From assembly GCA_043763525.1 (NCBI GenBank), contig JAYULN010000569.1:1-38923 (forward strand): 38,923 nt of DNA. Direction: 5' to 3'. Position numbers and translations under genes: made by a program. The notes under the pieces were generated by a model, which saw only the letters and a program-made list of their open reading frames with translations, did no database searches and was not told the DNA's origin. Below are positions 7,880 through 16,496 of this stretch, one piece after another (the stretch's first letter is position 1; the number at the start of each line of letters is the position of its first letter). This stretch comes from Hymenobacter sp. (lineage in GTDB: Bacteria; Bacteroidota; Bacteroidia; Cytophagales; Hymenobacteraceae).

Positions 7880-10543
7880 CTACTCCAGCACCACGCGCCG
7901 GGCACGCGGTGCCCCCGGACCAGCGGTGGGCACCGCACGCAGTAAATACACACCCGGCCGCAGGCCAGTGGTATCGAACAGATTAAGCGCGCCCTCGGCG
8001 ATAGCCGTGCGCACAAGGCGGCCCTGGGCATCGTACAGGCGGATTGCAAACGGCACGCCGGGCTCGCCGGCAACTTGCAGCGGCTGGCCCACGGCCACGG
8101 GCACCGGAAACACCAGCAGCTCGTTGCGGCGCACCAGCTGCACGTCCACCACGTCGCTGGCGAAGCTGCGGCCGGCCACATCCTGGCCCAGAATGCGGTA
8201 TTGGTTGAGGCCCGAGGCGGCGGTAAGGTCCGTGAAAGCGGTAGCGAGCCGGACTACGGGGCTGAGGGTCTGGATGGTTTGGAAGCCGCCCGGCCCGAGG
8301 CGCTGCAACTGCACCGTCCGCAGGTGGTAGAGGCTGCCCAGCACCAGGCCCAGACGCACGGTGTCGGTGATGGGAGGCTGCGCCAGAAACGAGCGGATGT
8401 AGCAGCTCACGCCGGCTTCGGCCACGTTGGCGGTGGCACCACGCTCGGCCAGCCGGGTGCCCAGTTGGGGAGCCACGGCGAAATACAGCCCCGCGTTTTG
8501 GCTTGGGGTCACGCGCAGCAGCGTATCGGCCACGAGCTGGAATGGCTCAAGAGCGGTCGGCCCCAAACGGGACACCTGGTACTGCGAGGCACCGAGCGTA
8601 GCGGACCAGCTGAGCAAAGTTTCGTTGGGGCAAACGTAGCCGACGTGCAGCGGCAGCGGCCGGGCCAGCGCAAACGTGTCGGACTCGTAGCGCTGGCTGC
8701 CCACTACATAGCGCACCTGGGCCAGGGTAGTGGTGTCGGGGGCCGTCCAGGCATAGGTGTGCTGGCTAAGGTTCACGCTGGGGGCCAGGGTGCGCCAGGT
8801 GGCGCGGCCCACGGGGCGGTATTCGAGGCGGCCGGGCGTGGCCGGGCCGGCCCAGCTCCACCGCAACAGCGTGGGCTGGCCGGGGCGCACGTTGCGCACG
8901 GCGCTCGGCACCAGCCACTCCAGGCCGGGGGCCGCCACTTCGTAGGCCAGGCTGAATGCCTGCGAACCACTGCCCACCGCGTAGCCGCGCACCCGCAGCT
9001 GGTAGGTGCCCGCAGCGGGCAGGTCGATGGCAACCTGCTCGACGTTGTTGAGGTGGTCGGCCCGGCGGCGGGCGGGCAGGGCCAGCGAATCGGGGTGCGG
9101 GAAGGCGCTGAGGGACCAGGGCAACCAGCGGGCGCTGCCCGGCCCCAGCACGTCGAGGTCGAGGTCGTTGACGAGGGCTCGCGGCGCGTTGGCGGCGGCC
9201 TCAGGGTCGGTCCAGGCCAGGGTTACTTTCAGTTGGAGACTGCCAGCCGGCACGGGCAGGCTGATGAGCTGCTCCTGGCCCTGGGCCACGGTGCCGGCCC
9301 GGTAGCGGCCTTCGAGCATGGTGCGCACGGCCCCGAGGGCATCGAGCTGGCCAAAGCCCGATACGAAATCGACCTGCGGCCGGCCCACGTCGTCGGCGCT
9401 GTTAATAAGGGCGGCTTTCACCAAGGCGGCGGGCGGCAACGTGCCGCCCGCCTGGTCGCGGTAGGCCTGTTGCACCAGCAAGGCCGCCCCCGACCCCAGC
9501 GCGGCGGCATCGGAGGAGCCCGCCTCGCCATAGGCCACCAGCTCGGGCTTGATGCGGCCATCGTAAGCCGGCCCGCGCGAGCTGAGCGCGGCCACCTGCC
9601 CCAGGGCATCGGAAGCGCCCACGGCCAGCGAATTCTTCGACATTTTGAACTGGCCCGTGAGGTTGGCCACGGCCGGCAGGCCCTGGTATGCCCCGCTCGG
9701 ACTGGCGGCCGTGCCTTGGTTGCCCGCTGAAAAAACGTGCAGCAACGTGGGCAACTGCCGCGCCTGTAGGTCGTAGCCCTGGGCTTCAAGACCGTAGTAA
9801 TTCTCGATACCCGTGCCGTAGGAATGGTTTTGCACGCTCACGCCCAGCGCGGTGAGGTCGGCGTTGGCATCGGGCAGCAGGTTGGCGTAGGATGAGGAGG
9901 CGATGCGTACCCGTGGCGCGGCCCCCTCGCCGGCCGGCCCCGAGTTGCCGCCGCCCGCAATAAGCGTGGCCATGATGCTGGCGTGGGCCGACTCGATGAC
10001 CGTGCCAACCGGCGTATTTAGCAGTCGCCCCCGGAAGTCAAGGTCGGTGGCATCGAGCGGGTTTTCCCTGATGCCGACCGTAAGGCCCTGGCCGGTGAGC
10101 GTTGGGTATTTCCGTTGCACGACCCGCAGGTTGTTCACCGTCAGGTCGGCCCCGTTGAGCAGGCGTTCATCGTGGGCGCGGCGATTGGGCACATCCACGA
10201 AATCGACCAGCGGGCTGGCAGCCAGCTGGGCCAGTGCGGCGGCATCAAGCCCCGCAACGGTGAAGGTGCGGGCCGGGGCGCCGGCCGACGACACTTGGGC
10301 CGCGGGCAGGTGTTGCCGCAGCCACTGCCGGAAGGCGGCGGGGTCGGCCACACTCACCCGCACGGTTTGTGCGCCGCGCCGGGTGGCGGGGGTTTGGAGG
10401 CCGGAGGCCAGCTTGGGTTGGGTAGCGCGTTGTGGCGATGCTTGGGCGAGGAGTAATTGCGGAGCCAACAGCAGTTGCGGCAGTAGCCACCCCAGCAGCC
10501 CGGCTACCCGGCACATTATTGCTACGCTCCTTTTATGCCGCAT
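7880..10543 (-). CDS. S8 (subtilisin-like) peptidase with T9SS type A C-terminal sorting domain
   Basis: HASIMATLIAG, FSAGNQG, SSRGPAYDGRIKPEL, GSSDAA, GFGQLDA, LVNDLDL, NNVEQV; CTD LLVFPVPV...GLRPGVYLLR. Start taken at ATG 10543 (10516 also possible) rather than 10606. Confidence 0.85.
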   Translation of the reverse strand: MRHKRSVAIMCRVAGLLGWLLPQLLLAPQLLLAQASPQRATQPKLASGLQTPATRRGAQTVRVSVADPAAFRQWLRQHLPAAQVSSAGAPARTFTVAGLDAAALAQLAASPLVDFVDVPNRRAHDERLLNGADLTVNNLRVVQRKYPTLTGQGLTVGIRENPLDATDLDFRGRLLNTPVGTVIESAHASIMATLIAGGGNSGPAGEGAAPRVRIASSSYANLLPDANADLTALGVSVQNHSYGTGIENYYGLEAQGYDLQARQLPTLLHVFSAGNQGTAASPSGAYQGLPAVANLTGQFKMSKNSLAVGASDALGQVAALSSRGPAYDGRIKPELVAYGEAGSSDAAALGSGAALLVQQAYRDQAGGTLPPAALVKAALINSADDVGRPQVDFVSGFGQLDALGAVRTMLEGRYRAGTVAQGQEQLISLPVPAGSLQLKVTLAWTDPEAAANAPRALVNDLDLDVLGPGSARWLPWSLSAFPHPDSLALPARRRADHLNNVEQVAIDLPAAGTYQLRVRGYAVGSGSQAFSLAYEVAAPGLEWLVPSAVRNVRPGQPTLLRWSWAGPATPGRLEYRPVGRATWRTLAPSVNLSQHTYAWTAPDTTTLAQVRYVVGSQRYESDTFALARPLPLHVGYVCPNETLLSWSATLGASQYQVSRLGPTALEPFQLVADTLLRVTPSQNAGLYFAVAPQLGTRLAERGATANVAEAGVSCYIRSFLAQPPITDTVRLGLVLGSLYHLRTVQLQRLGPGGFQTIQTLSPVVRLATAFTDLTAASGLNQYRILGQDVAGRSFASDVVDVQLVRRNELLVFPVPVAVGQPLQVAGEPGVPFAIRLYDAQGRLVRTAIAEGALNLFDTTGLRPGVYLLRAVPTAGPGAPRARRVVLE

Positions 10544-10609
10544 GCGTTTGGTTGAAGTAAAAACAAGTAAAAAAGTGGCTATTGCCCAAATATAAAAAAG
10601 GGACACCAG

Positions 10610-11179
10610 CTACGGGAGGGGTAGGGTCAAGTCTAAAGCCTTGGCTACGAATTCGGCTAAAATACCGTAGGCCGCAGGACGCGCGACCGCAATGGCAGCC
10701 AGCAGCGGCCGCAACCCCAATTCGGCGGGACGTTTCTTGCAATACTTTTTGAACGCCGTGAAATCTGTAGGCAACTCAAAAGTGGCGAGTGATATTCCTG
10801 ATTCGGCGGCTCGCTGCCAGAGCCAGTCGTCGCACGCATGGTTGAGCACAATCAGGAACTGGTTGGTTTGGATTGGGTGGTGGAGCAGGGCGTGGGAATG
10901 GCCCCGCCGTGCCATACTCCCTCCCAAGACCGTAGAAAATTGACTCAGGTAGGGCTGTTGGTTAAATTTCTTATCCAAATCCACAATGCCAATTACCCGG
11001 CGGGCGGGCCCAAGGTTGGGGTCTGCCATAATGCGGCCAACATTGCCGATGCCTTGGCCATGGCTTACAAAGTCGTAGGGGCTTTCCTGGCTCACGGCGT
11101 TTTCCCGCAGCAGGGTTATCGTCAAAGCCGTATCGGCGTGGCACTCGGGCACGAACAGGGCGTGGGTAGCAGCCGCCAT
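10610..11179 (-). CDS. Hypothetical protein with TOPRIM-like acidic motifs, immediately downstream of the ATPase
   Basis: LFVPECHADT (beta strand-Glu), GQGIGNV, VIGIVDLD (DxD); starts 3 nt after the ATPase stop. Confidence 0.65.
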   Translation of the reverse strand: MAAATHALFVPECHADTALTITLLRENAVSQESPYDFVSHGQGIGNVGRIMADPNLGPARRVIGIVDLDKKFNQQPYLSQFSTVLGGSMARRGHSHALLHHPIQTNQFLIVLNHACDDWLWQRAAESGISLATFELPTDFTAFKKYCKKRPAELGLRPLLAAIAVARPAAYGILAEFVAKALDLTLPLP

Positions 11180-11182
11180 GTT

Positions 11183-12331
11183 TTAGAGCTTGTTATCGGG
11201 GCCGGGCACGAAACGCGCCATGTTGTAGAACACATCCAACCCATCGGCCCGGATGGCCACAACTTCCTTGTCGCTCAGTTGCCGCACTTTGGTTTGGTAG
11301 TCCTCGTAGTAAGTTACAAACATGGCCAATTCGGGCATCAGCTCATCATCCGTCAGCATTTCTTCCAGGATTTCCGTGATAAGGTAGGGGCTGTGCGTGG
11401 CCACGAAAAACTGGTTGTCGCGGCTTTCAACAATGCGCTGCCCGAGCTGCGAAACATACACCGGGTAGGAATGCGCCTCCGGTTCTTCGAGGAGAATTAC
11501 CGCGTCGGTATTCGATTCGATGGCGGCCAAGTAGAAGATGAGCCGTTGCAAAGTATCAGCAATAAGGGAGTAGGGAATAGAAGTGATAATGCCATCCTCA
11601 TTCTTCTGAATCTCTAGCTTTTGTTCTTCTGTGCGTTGCGCCAAGCTCAAACCAAAAGGTGTGAAAAAAGCGGCAACTACTTTGCGAAACCCTGATGGTG
11701 CAGTTTGAATAACTTCCATCAAATTATCACCAAATGGTGGCCTAAGAAAGGATTGATGGTGCGACTTACCGTACCTGGCCTGCTTTTGAAAAGAATATTT
11801 CTTTACATAAATGGGCGGTTGGGGTTCACTTAGTTGAATAATTGAAGTGCTACCATCTTTATTTATTAATTCGTGAAAATGATTCTTGTCCTCATAATTC
11901 ACTAAAAGGTGTTTATCCTGCTGTTGAATTAGCAACTCCTTATGCTGTCGATGCTCTATTAAAAGTTTATCTGAGTCTGAAGCAGAAATCAGTCCCCTCG
12001 CACGCCGCATTCCCCCGTCTCCAAATACTACCTCAGCTTGTTCCAGCCGTTTCCGAATCCTAGTCGCGCCAACGCCTTCTCCGGTCACGATAATTTCCTT
12101 CGACCAGTCGTTATCATAAAATAAATTCCGGATAGCCTCGTACCGAATCTGGCCTTCCATGAATTTATCGCCATCGAAGAACATCCCCCCCAGCAAGCTT
12201 ATTGCCTCCAGAATATTCGACTTTCCCACGTTCGGCTCGCCGATGATAATATTTACCCGGCGCGGTTTCATTTCCACGTCTTTGATGGACTTGAAATTCT
12301 GAATGCGCAGGGTTGTGATGGCGTTTTTCAT
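11183..12331 (-). CDS. AAA_15/AAA_21-type ABC ATPase (OLD/AbiEii/AriA-like)
   Basis: IQNFKSI, Walker A GEPNVGKS, Walker B ILLEEPEAH, H-loop VATHSPY. Confidence 0.88.
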   Translation of the reverse strand: MKNAITTLRIQNFKSIKDVEMKPRRVNIIIGEPNVGKSNILEAISLLGGMFFDGDKFMEGQIRYEAIRNLFYDNDWSKEIIVTGEGVGATRIRKRLEQAEVVFGDGGMRRARGLISASDSDKLLIEHRQHKELLIQQQDKHLLVNYEDKNHFHELINKDGSTSIIQLSEPQPPIYVKKYSFQKQARYGKSHHQSFLRPPFGDNLMEVIQTAPSGFRKVVAAFFTPFGLSLAQRTEEQKLEIQKNEDGIITSIPYSLIADTLQRLIFYLAAIESNTDAVILLEEPEAHSYPVYVSQLGQRIVESRDNQFFVATHSPYLITEILEEMLTDDELMPELAMFVTYYEDYQTKVRQLSDKEVVAIRADGLDVFYNMARFVPGPDNKL

Positions 12332-12386
12332 CGGATTTGAATTTTGGTAAAAGTACGGTTAGGCGCAACACCATCCATTACTAACC

Positions 12387-12421
12387 AAAAATGCCCCAGC
12401 CAAACCGGCTGGGGCATTTTT
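12387..12421. terminator. Bidirectional-type rho-independent terminator after the dehydrogenase gene
   Basis: AAAAATGCCCCAGCC-aaacc-GGCTGGGGCATTTTT perfect stem with A/T tails, just downstream of the stop at 12445. Confidence 0.85.
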
Positions 12422-12444
12422 GATGAAAAGCAACGATTGAAATT

Positions 12445-13611
12445 CTACATACCCGGCTTCAGCACCACTTTGGTGCAGTTGTCCTTCTTGTTGCGGAAGA
12501 TGTCGTAGGCGTGGGGGGCCTGGCTCAGGGGCAGGCGGTGCGAGATGATGTCGTCGAGTTTCACCTCGCCCTTGGCTACGTGCTGGAGCAGGCGGTCGAT
12601 GTGCTTGTGGGCGGGGGCCTGGCCGCCTTTCAGGGTGATGCCTTTGTCGAAGAACTGGTGGATGGGGAAGTTGTCGAAGGGTGAGGAGTACACGCCCAGC
12701 ACCGACACAAAGCCGCCGCGGCGCACGGCGCTCAGGCAGGCCAGCAGCACTTTGTCGGAGCCTTTTTCGAGGTTGAGGACGGATTTGGCGCGGTCGGCCA
12801 GGCTGCGGTCGGGCTCGAAGCCAACGGCTTCTACCACCACATCGGCCCCGTAGCCGTGGGTCATGCCCCGAATTTCGTCGACCACCTGGCCGTGGCTTTC
12901 CCAGAGGATGCCTTCGGCATTGGCGGCTTTTTTAGCCAGGTCGAGGCGGTATTGCTGGGTATCGATAATCATGACGCGGCTGGCCCCGCGCAGCCAGGCC
13001 GATTTGGCGGCCATGATGCCCACCGGGCCGGCCCCGAAAATGGCCACCGTTTCGCCGCCCTTCACCCCGGCCCAGTCGATGCCGGTGTAGCCGGTGGGGA
13101 AGATGTCGGTGAGGAAGAGCACCTGCTCGTCGCTCAGGTTGTCGGGCACTTTGCAGGGGCCGAAGTCGGCGTAGGGCACGCGCGCAAACTCGGCCTGACC
13201 GCCGTCGTAGCCGCCGTACAGGTCGGTATAGCCGAACAGAGCCCCGCCTTTTTCGGTCATCAGGCCGCCCTCGGGGCCGTAGTGCTCGGGGTTGGAGTTT
13301 TCGCAGTGCCCGGGCAGGTCGTGGTTGCAAAACAGGCAGTGGCCGCAGGCCACAGGGAAAGGCACCACCACGCGGTCGCCGCGCTTGAGGTTGGTTACGC
13401 CCTTGCCCACTTCCTCCACAATGCCCATAAACTCATGGCCCAGCGTCATGGGCCGGGGCTGCGGAATGCTGCCGTTGTAGATGTGCAGGTCGGACCCGCA
13501 GATGGCCGTGATGGTTACGCGCAGAATAATATCGCGCGAATCTTTGATTTCAGGGTCATCGACGTTATCGACGCGAACATCCTTGGCACCGTGAATGCGA
13601 AGAGCTTTCAT
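12445..13611 (-). CDS. Zinc-dependent alcohol/formaldehyde dehydrogenase-like (MDR family, YbdR-like)
   Basis: ICGSDLH, LGHEFMG, CGHCLFC...C structural Zn site, LTDIFPTGY, GAGPVG. Confidence 0.92.
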   Translation of the reverse strand: MKALRIHGAKDVRVDNVDDPEIKDSRDIILRVTITAICGSDLHIYNGSIPQPRPMTLGHEFMGIVEEVGKGVTNLKRGDRVVVPFPVACGHCLFCNHDLPGHCENSNPEHYGPEGGLMTEKGGALFGYTDLYGGYDGGQAEFARVPYADFGPCKVPDNLSDEQVLFLTDIFPTGYTGIDWAGVKGGETVAIFGAGPVGIMAAKSAWLRGASRVMIIDTQQYRLDLAKKAANAEGILWESHGQVVDEIRGMTHGYGADVVVEAVGFEPDRSLADRAKSVLNLEKGSDKVLLACLSAVRRGGFVSVLGVYSSPFDNFPIHQFFDKGITLKGGQAPAHKHIDRLLQHVAKGEVKLDDIISHRLPLSQAPHAYDIFRNKKDNCTKVVLKPGM

Positions 13612-13720
13612 GAAAAGAGGGCTAGAAGTGAAGAAGTGACTGCTCCTCCTAACGACCCTTTTTTTTCATCGGTTGCTACGGTTCAGGCCCGTCACCCGAT
13701 AACCACGGCCTTACTCACAG

Positions 13721-14608
13721 CTACCGCAGCTGATACACTGCCACTCCCGCCGCCGTGAAAATATAAGCGTAGGCCTCCCCCACCAGCACCTGCCGCACCG
13801 CGCCGGGGTCGAGGCCGGCGGGCAGGGCCACGCGGCGCTCGGTCAGGTTGTAGAGGTGGAAAAAGTGGACGGTGCCGCCGTCGAAATAGTACAGCTCATC
13901 GCCCCGAAAACCCACCGTGCTCAGCCCCACAAAGGGCAGCTTTTTCTTGTAGTTGCCCAGGTTGTCGAACACGTAGATGCCCGTGCTGCGGTCGACGAGG
14001 TAGGTGTTGTTCTGGTACTGGCGCAGGAAGCGGAAATCGGGCCGGGAGCGGCCGATAATCAAATCGAGCGGCGTGTTTTGCACGAGGCGCAGGCTGATGG
14101 GGTCGAGCTCGCGCAGCACCAGGTTGCTCTCGTCGAGCAGCCAGATGCGGTTGTCGGGGGCCAGCGTGGCCACGCGCACGGTGCCGTCCACGTAGTCGGC
14201 CAGCCGCACCTCGCTGATGAGTGACAGGAAGCGGTCGAGCAGCACCAGCTGCTGGCGGTCGTCGTTGAACACCAGCGTACTGGTCACGTTCCAGGCTTCT
14301 ACCTGGGCCACGTGGCCGGGCTGGGTGGGCGCGTAGGTGTTCAGGAGCAGGCCCTCGGGGCCATATTGGCGCAGGTTGTTGTCGGCATCGGCCACGTACA
14401 GCGCCCCGCGCCGGTCGAGCGAAGCCACACCGGGGTTGGGGAGTTTGATGAGGCGCAGCAGCTTCCAGGGGGCGTCCGTGGTGGCATCGGCTGGCGCGGC
14501 TGGTTGCACCGCAGCCACCACTTGCCGGGAGGCCGGAGCTACCGAAGCGGCGGATGGCACGGCGACTTGGGCCTGGGTAGTGACGGGGAGCAAGAATAGT
14601 AGCAGCAT
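13721..14608 (-). CDS. Secreted hypothetical protein, probably beta-propeller-like
   Basis: Likely start MLLLFLLPVTTQAQ (ATG 14608); the longer ORF's N-terminus runs through an intergenic repeat. Motifs SLDRRGALYVAD and GIYVFDNLGNY. Confidence 0.75.
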   Translation of the reverse strand: MLLLFLLPVTTQAQVAVPSAASVAPASRQVVAAVQPAAPADATTDAPWKLLRLIKLPNPGVASLDRRGALYVADADNNLRQYGPEGLLLNTYAPTQPGHVAQVEAWNVTSTLVFNDDRQQLVLLDRFLSLISEVRLADYVDGTVRVATLAPDNRIWLLDESNLVLRELDPISLRLVQNTPLDLIIGRSRPDFRFLRQYQNNTYLVDRSTGIYVFDNLGNYKKKLPFVGLSTVGFRGDELYYFDGGTVHFFHLYNLTERRVALPAGLDPGAVRQVLVGEAYAYIFTAAGVAVYQLR

Positions 14609-14621
14609 CGCCCTCCGCGTC

Positions 14622-14739
14622 AACCTCACCCCCTGACCCCCTCTCCAAAAAAGAGGGGGCACCGGCTCGTGAGGACGATTCCACCAAGCGCATAACCGGT
14701 GCCCCCTCTTTTTGGGAGAGGGGGACAGGGGGTGAGGTT
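14622..14739. repeat. CCTCACCCC/CCTCTCC-type REP-like inverted repeat element
   Basis: AACCTCACCCCCTGACCCCCTCTCCAAAAAAGAGGGGGCACCGG (14622-14665) is nearly the reverse complement of 14696-14739; each arm has an internal CCCCCTCT..AGAGGGGG hairpin. Confidence 0.85.
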
Positions 14740-14753
14740 TCGGGGCCGCGCGG

Positions 14754-15545
14754 CTACTGCTCAAAATGCCGCAAAGCCAGTTCATTGCCATCATACACGC
14801 CGTAAGAACAATAATTGACCCATTCGCCCAGGTTCACGTAGCGGCTGCCCGGCCCCACGGCCACATCGAGCGGCAAGTGGCGGTGGCCAAACACGTAGTA
14901 GTCGTGGTGCTGGCGGGCTTCCAGCTCGCGGCAGTATTGCAGCAGCCACTCCTCATCGCCGAAGAATTTGGTGTCGTCCTTGCCGATTTGCATGCGGCTG
15001 CGGCGGCTCCACTTGTTGGCCATGCCGATGCCGAAATTGGGGTGCAGCCGCGCAAACAGCCACTGCGCAATGCTCGAAGTAAACACTTGTTTTAGCGCCT
15101 TGTAGCTGTAGTCTTTCGGCCCCAGCCCGTCGCCGTGCCCGATGTGAAACAACTTATCGCCGATGCGTTGCGACACCTCCTGGCGCAGCACTGGAATGCC
15201 CATTTCCTGGGTGAAGTAGCCGAACATCCACATGTCGTGGTTGCCGGTAAAAATGGTGACGGGCAGGCCCGCATCGGTGAGCTCGGCCAGCTTGCCCTGC
15301 AACCGGCTGAACCCGCGCGGAATGGCGTGCTTGTATTCAAACCAGAAATCGAAAATATCGCCCAGCAGATAGATGGCCGCCGCGTCCTGGGCCGCCGCGT
15401 CGAGCCAGCGCACAATGCGCTTCTCCCGCGCCAGCGACGAGGCCGCATCGGGTGCCCCCAAGTGAAAATCGGAAGCGAAATACACCCGGCGGCCAGGCGG
15501 CAGGGCCAAGTCAGGGAGGAATTTGGTGCTTGGTGCTTGGTGCAT
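14754..15545 (-). CDS. lpxH: UDP-2,3-diacylglucosamine diphosphatase
   Basis: Metallophosphoesterase motifs FASDFHLG, LLGDIFDFW, GNHD, HGD, FGHRH, NLGEW. Confidence 0.88.
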   Translation of the reverse strand: MHQAPSTKFLPDLALPPGRRVYFASDFHLGAPDAASSLAREKRIVRWLDAAAQDAAAIYLLGDIFDFWFEYKHAIPRGFSRLQGKLAELTDAGLPVTIFTGNHDMWMFGYFTQEMGIPVLRQEVSQRIGDKLFHIGHGDGLGPKDYSYKALKQVFTSSIAQWLFARLHPNFGIGMANKWSRRSRMQIGKDDTKFFGDEEWLLQYCRELEARQHHDYYVFGHRHLPLDVAVGPGSRYVNLGEWVNYCSYGVYDGNELALRHFEQ

Positions 15546-15644
15546 AGTGCTTGGGTTCGGGGGTATGGGGCCTGGTTTGGTGCTTGGTTTGGTGCTTGGC
15601 GTATGTTCAGAGCCAAGCCCCAGGCACTAGGCACCAGGCACCAA
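15523..15644. repeat. Heptamer tandem repeats (TTGGTGC)n followed by inverted, degenerate (GCACCAG-like)n copies
   Basis: TTGGTGC x3 at 15523-15543, more copies at 15577-15600, then GCCAAGC CCCAGGC ACTAGGC ACCAGGC ACCAA at about 15612-15644. Confidence 0.75.
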
Positions 15645-16286
15645 CTCGTCTTCCAGCAAAAACAGCGCGATGCGGCGCGGGCCGTGTGCGCCCAGCACCA
15701 GGGTTTTTTCGATGTCGGCCGTGCGGCTGGGGCCGCTGGTGAGCGACACCATCGAGGGCATCTGCGGGCCGTAGCGGGCCTGCACCACGCGCAGGGCTTC
15801 CCCTATTTCGGCCACTACCTGGCTGGGGCGGGCCAGCACGAGGTGCTGGTCGGGGTAGATGCTCAGGCGGCGGCCGCTGGCCGTGGCCGCCGATACCAGC
15901 ACGCTGCCCGTGCGGGCCACCAGTGCCTCGCACGAAGTCAGGCTGAGGTCGGCGTGGGCAATGAAATCGGTTTCATCGGCCCGAAAGGCTACGCCGGCCG
16001 CTTGCAGCACGGCCTGCAATTCGGGCTCCCACACGTAGGGCGCGCCCACCTGCTGGCGCTGCTGGAAGCCGGCAATCTGCACCGCCAGGTGGGCCAGCGA
16101 CTCGCAGTAGTAAAACTCGCCGCCCACCCGCTGGAAACTTTCGGCAAAAGCCACCACCGGGTCGGAGTTGTTCAGGGGCGGATGCACGGGGGCCGCGAAA
16201 TCAGGTTTGGACGGCATCGGTGCGGGGCCAGCCGCCAAGCCTTGGCGAATGCGGGCAAGAACGGCAGCGCGGGAAGTATCGGCCAT
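15627..16286 (-). CDS. LUD-domain (LutC/YkgG family) protein
   Basis: LVARTGSV, GRRLSIYP, TSGPSRTADIEKTLVLGAHGP. Confidence 0.9.
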   Translation of the reverse strand: MADTSRAAVLARIRQGLAAGPAPMPSKPDFAAPVHPPLNNSDPVVAFAESFQRVGGEFYYCESLAHLAVQIAGFQQRQQVGAPYVWEPELQAVLQAAGVAFRADETDFIAHADLSLTSCEALVARTGSVLVSAATASGRRLSIYPDQHLVLARPSQVVAEIGEALRVVQARYGPQMPSMVSLTSGPSRTADIEKTLVLGAHGPRRIALFLLEDELVPGA

Positions 16287-16321
16287 AACGAATGACGAAA
16301 GGAAGGGCTGATTGAGGCTGC

Positions 16322-16329
16322 CAAAGTTA
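16322..16329 (-). promoter_or_regulatory. Bacteroidota sigma70 -7 element for the LUD gene
   Basis: Minus strand TAACTTTG matches TAnnTTTG about 35 nt upstream of ATG 16286; no clear -33 box. Confidence 0.55.
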
Positions 16330-16496
16330 GCCGGAATGGAAGAATTGCCGCCTCACCCGCTGCCGGGTTGCGCGGCAACCGCTACTTTAGGCGGCAACAT
16401 TGGCGGAGCAGCGGCGGAAAATTGCCGCTTGCCGCACTGTTCCCGGTTTTACGAAAACTGCCCGCGCATCTTCCCAAGCTACCTGTTTCCTGGCCC

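Noticed and set aside
7880-10543. S8 peptidase as the LanP of the RiPP cluster
   Set aside because: About 6 kb away, separated by unrelated housekeeping genes, and has a generic T9SS peptidase architecture; no evidence of linkage.
14609-14794. N-terminal extension of the 357-aa ORF
   Set aside because: It is a translation of the intergenic inverted repeat and the lpxH end; the signal peptide starts at 14608.
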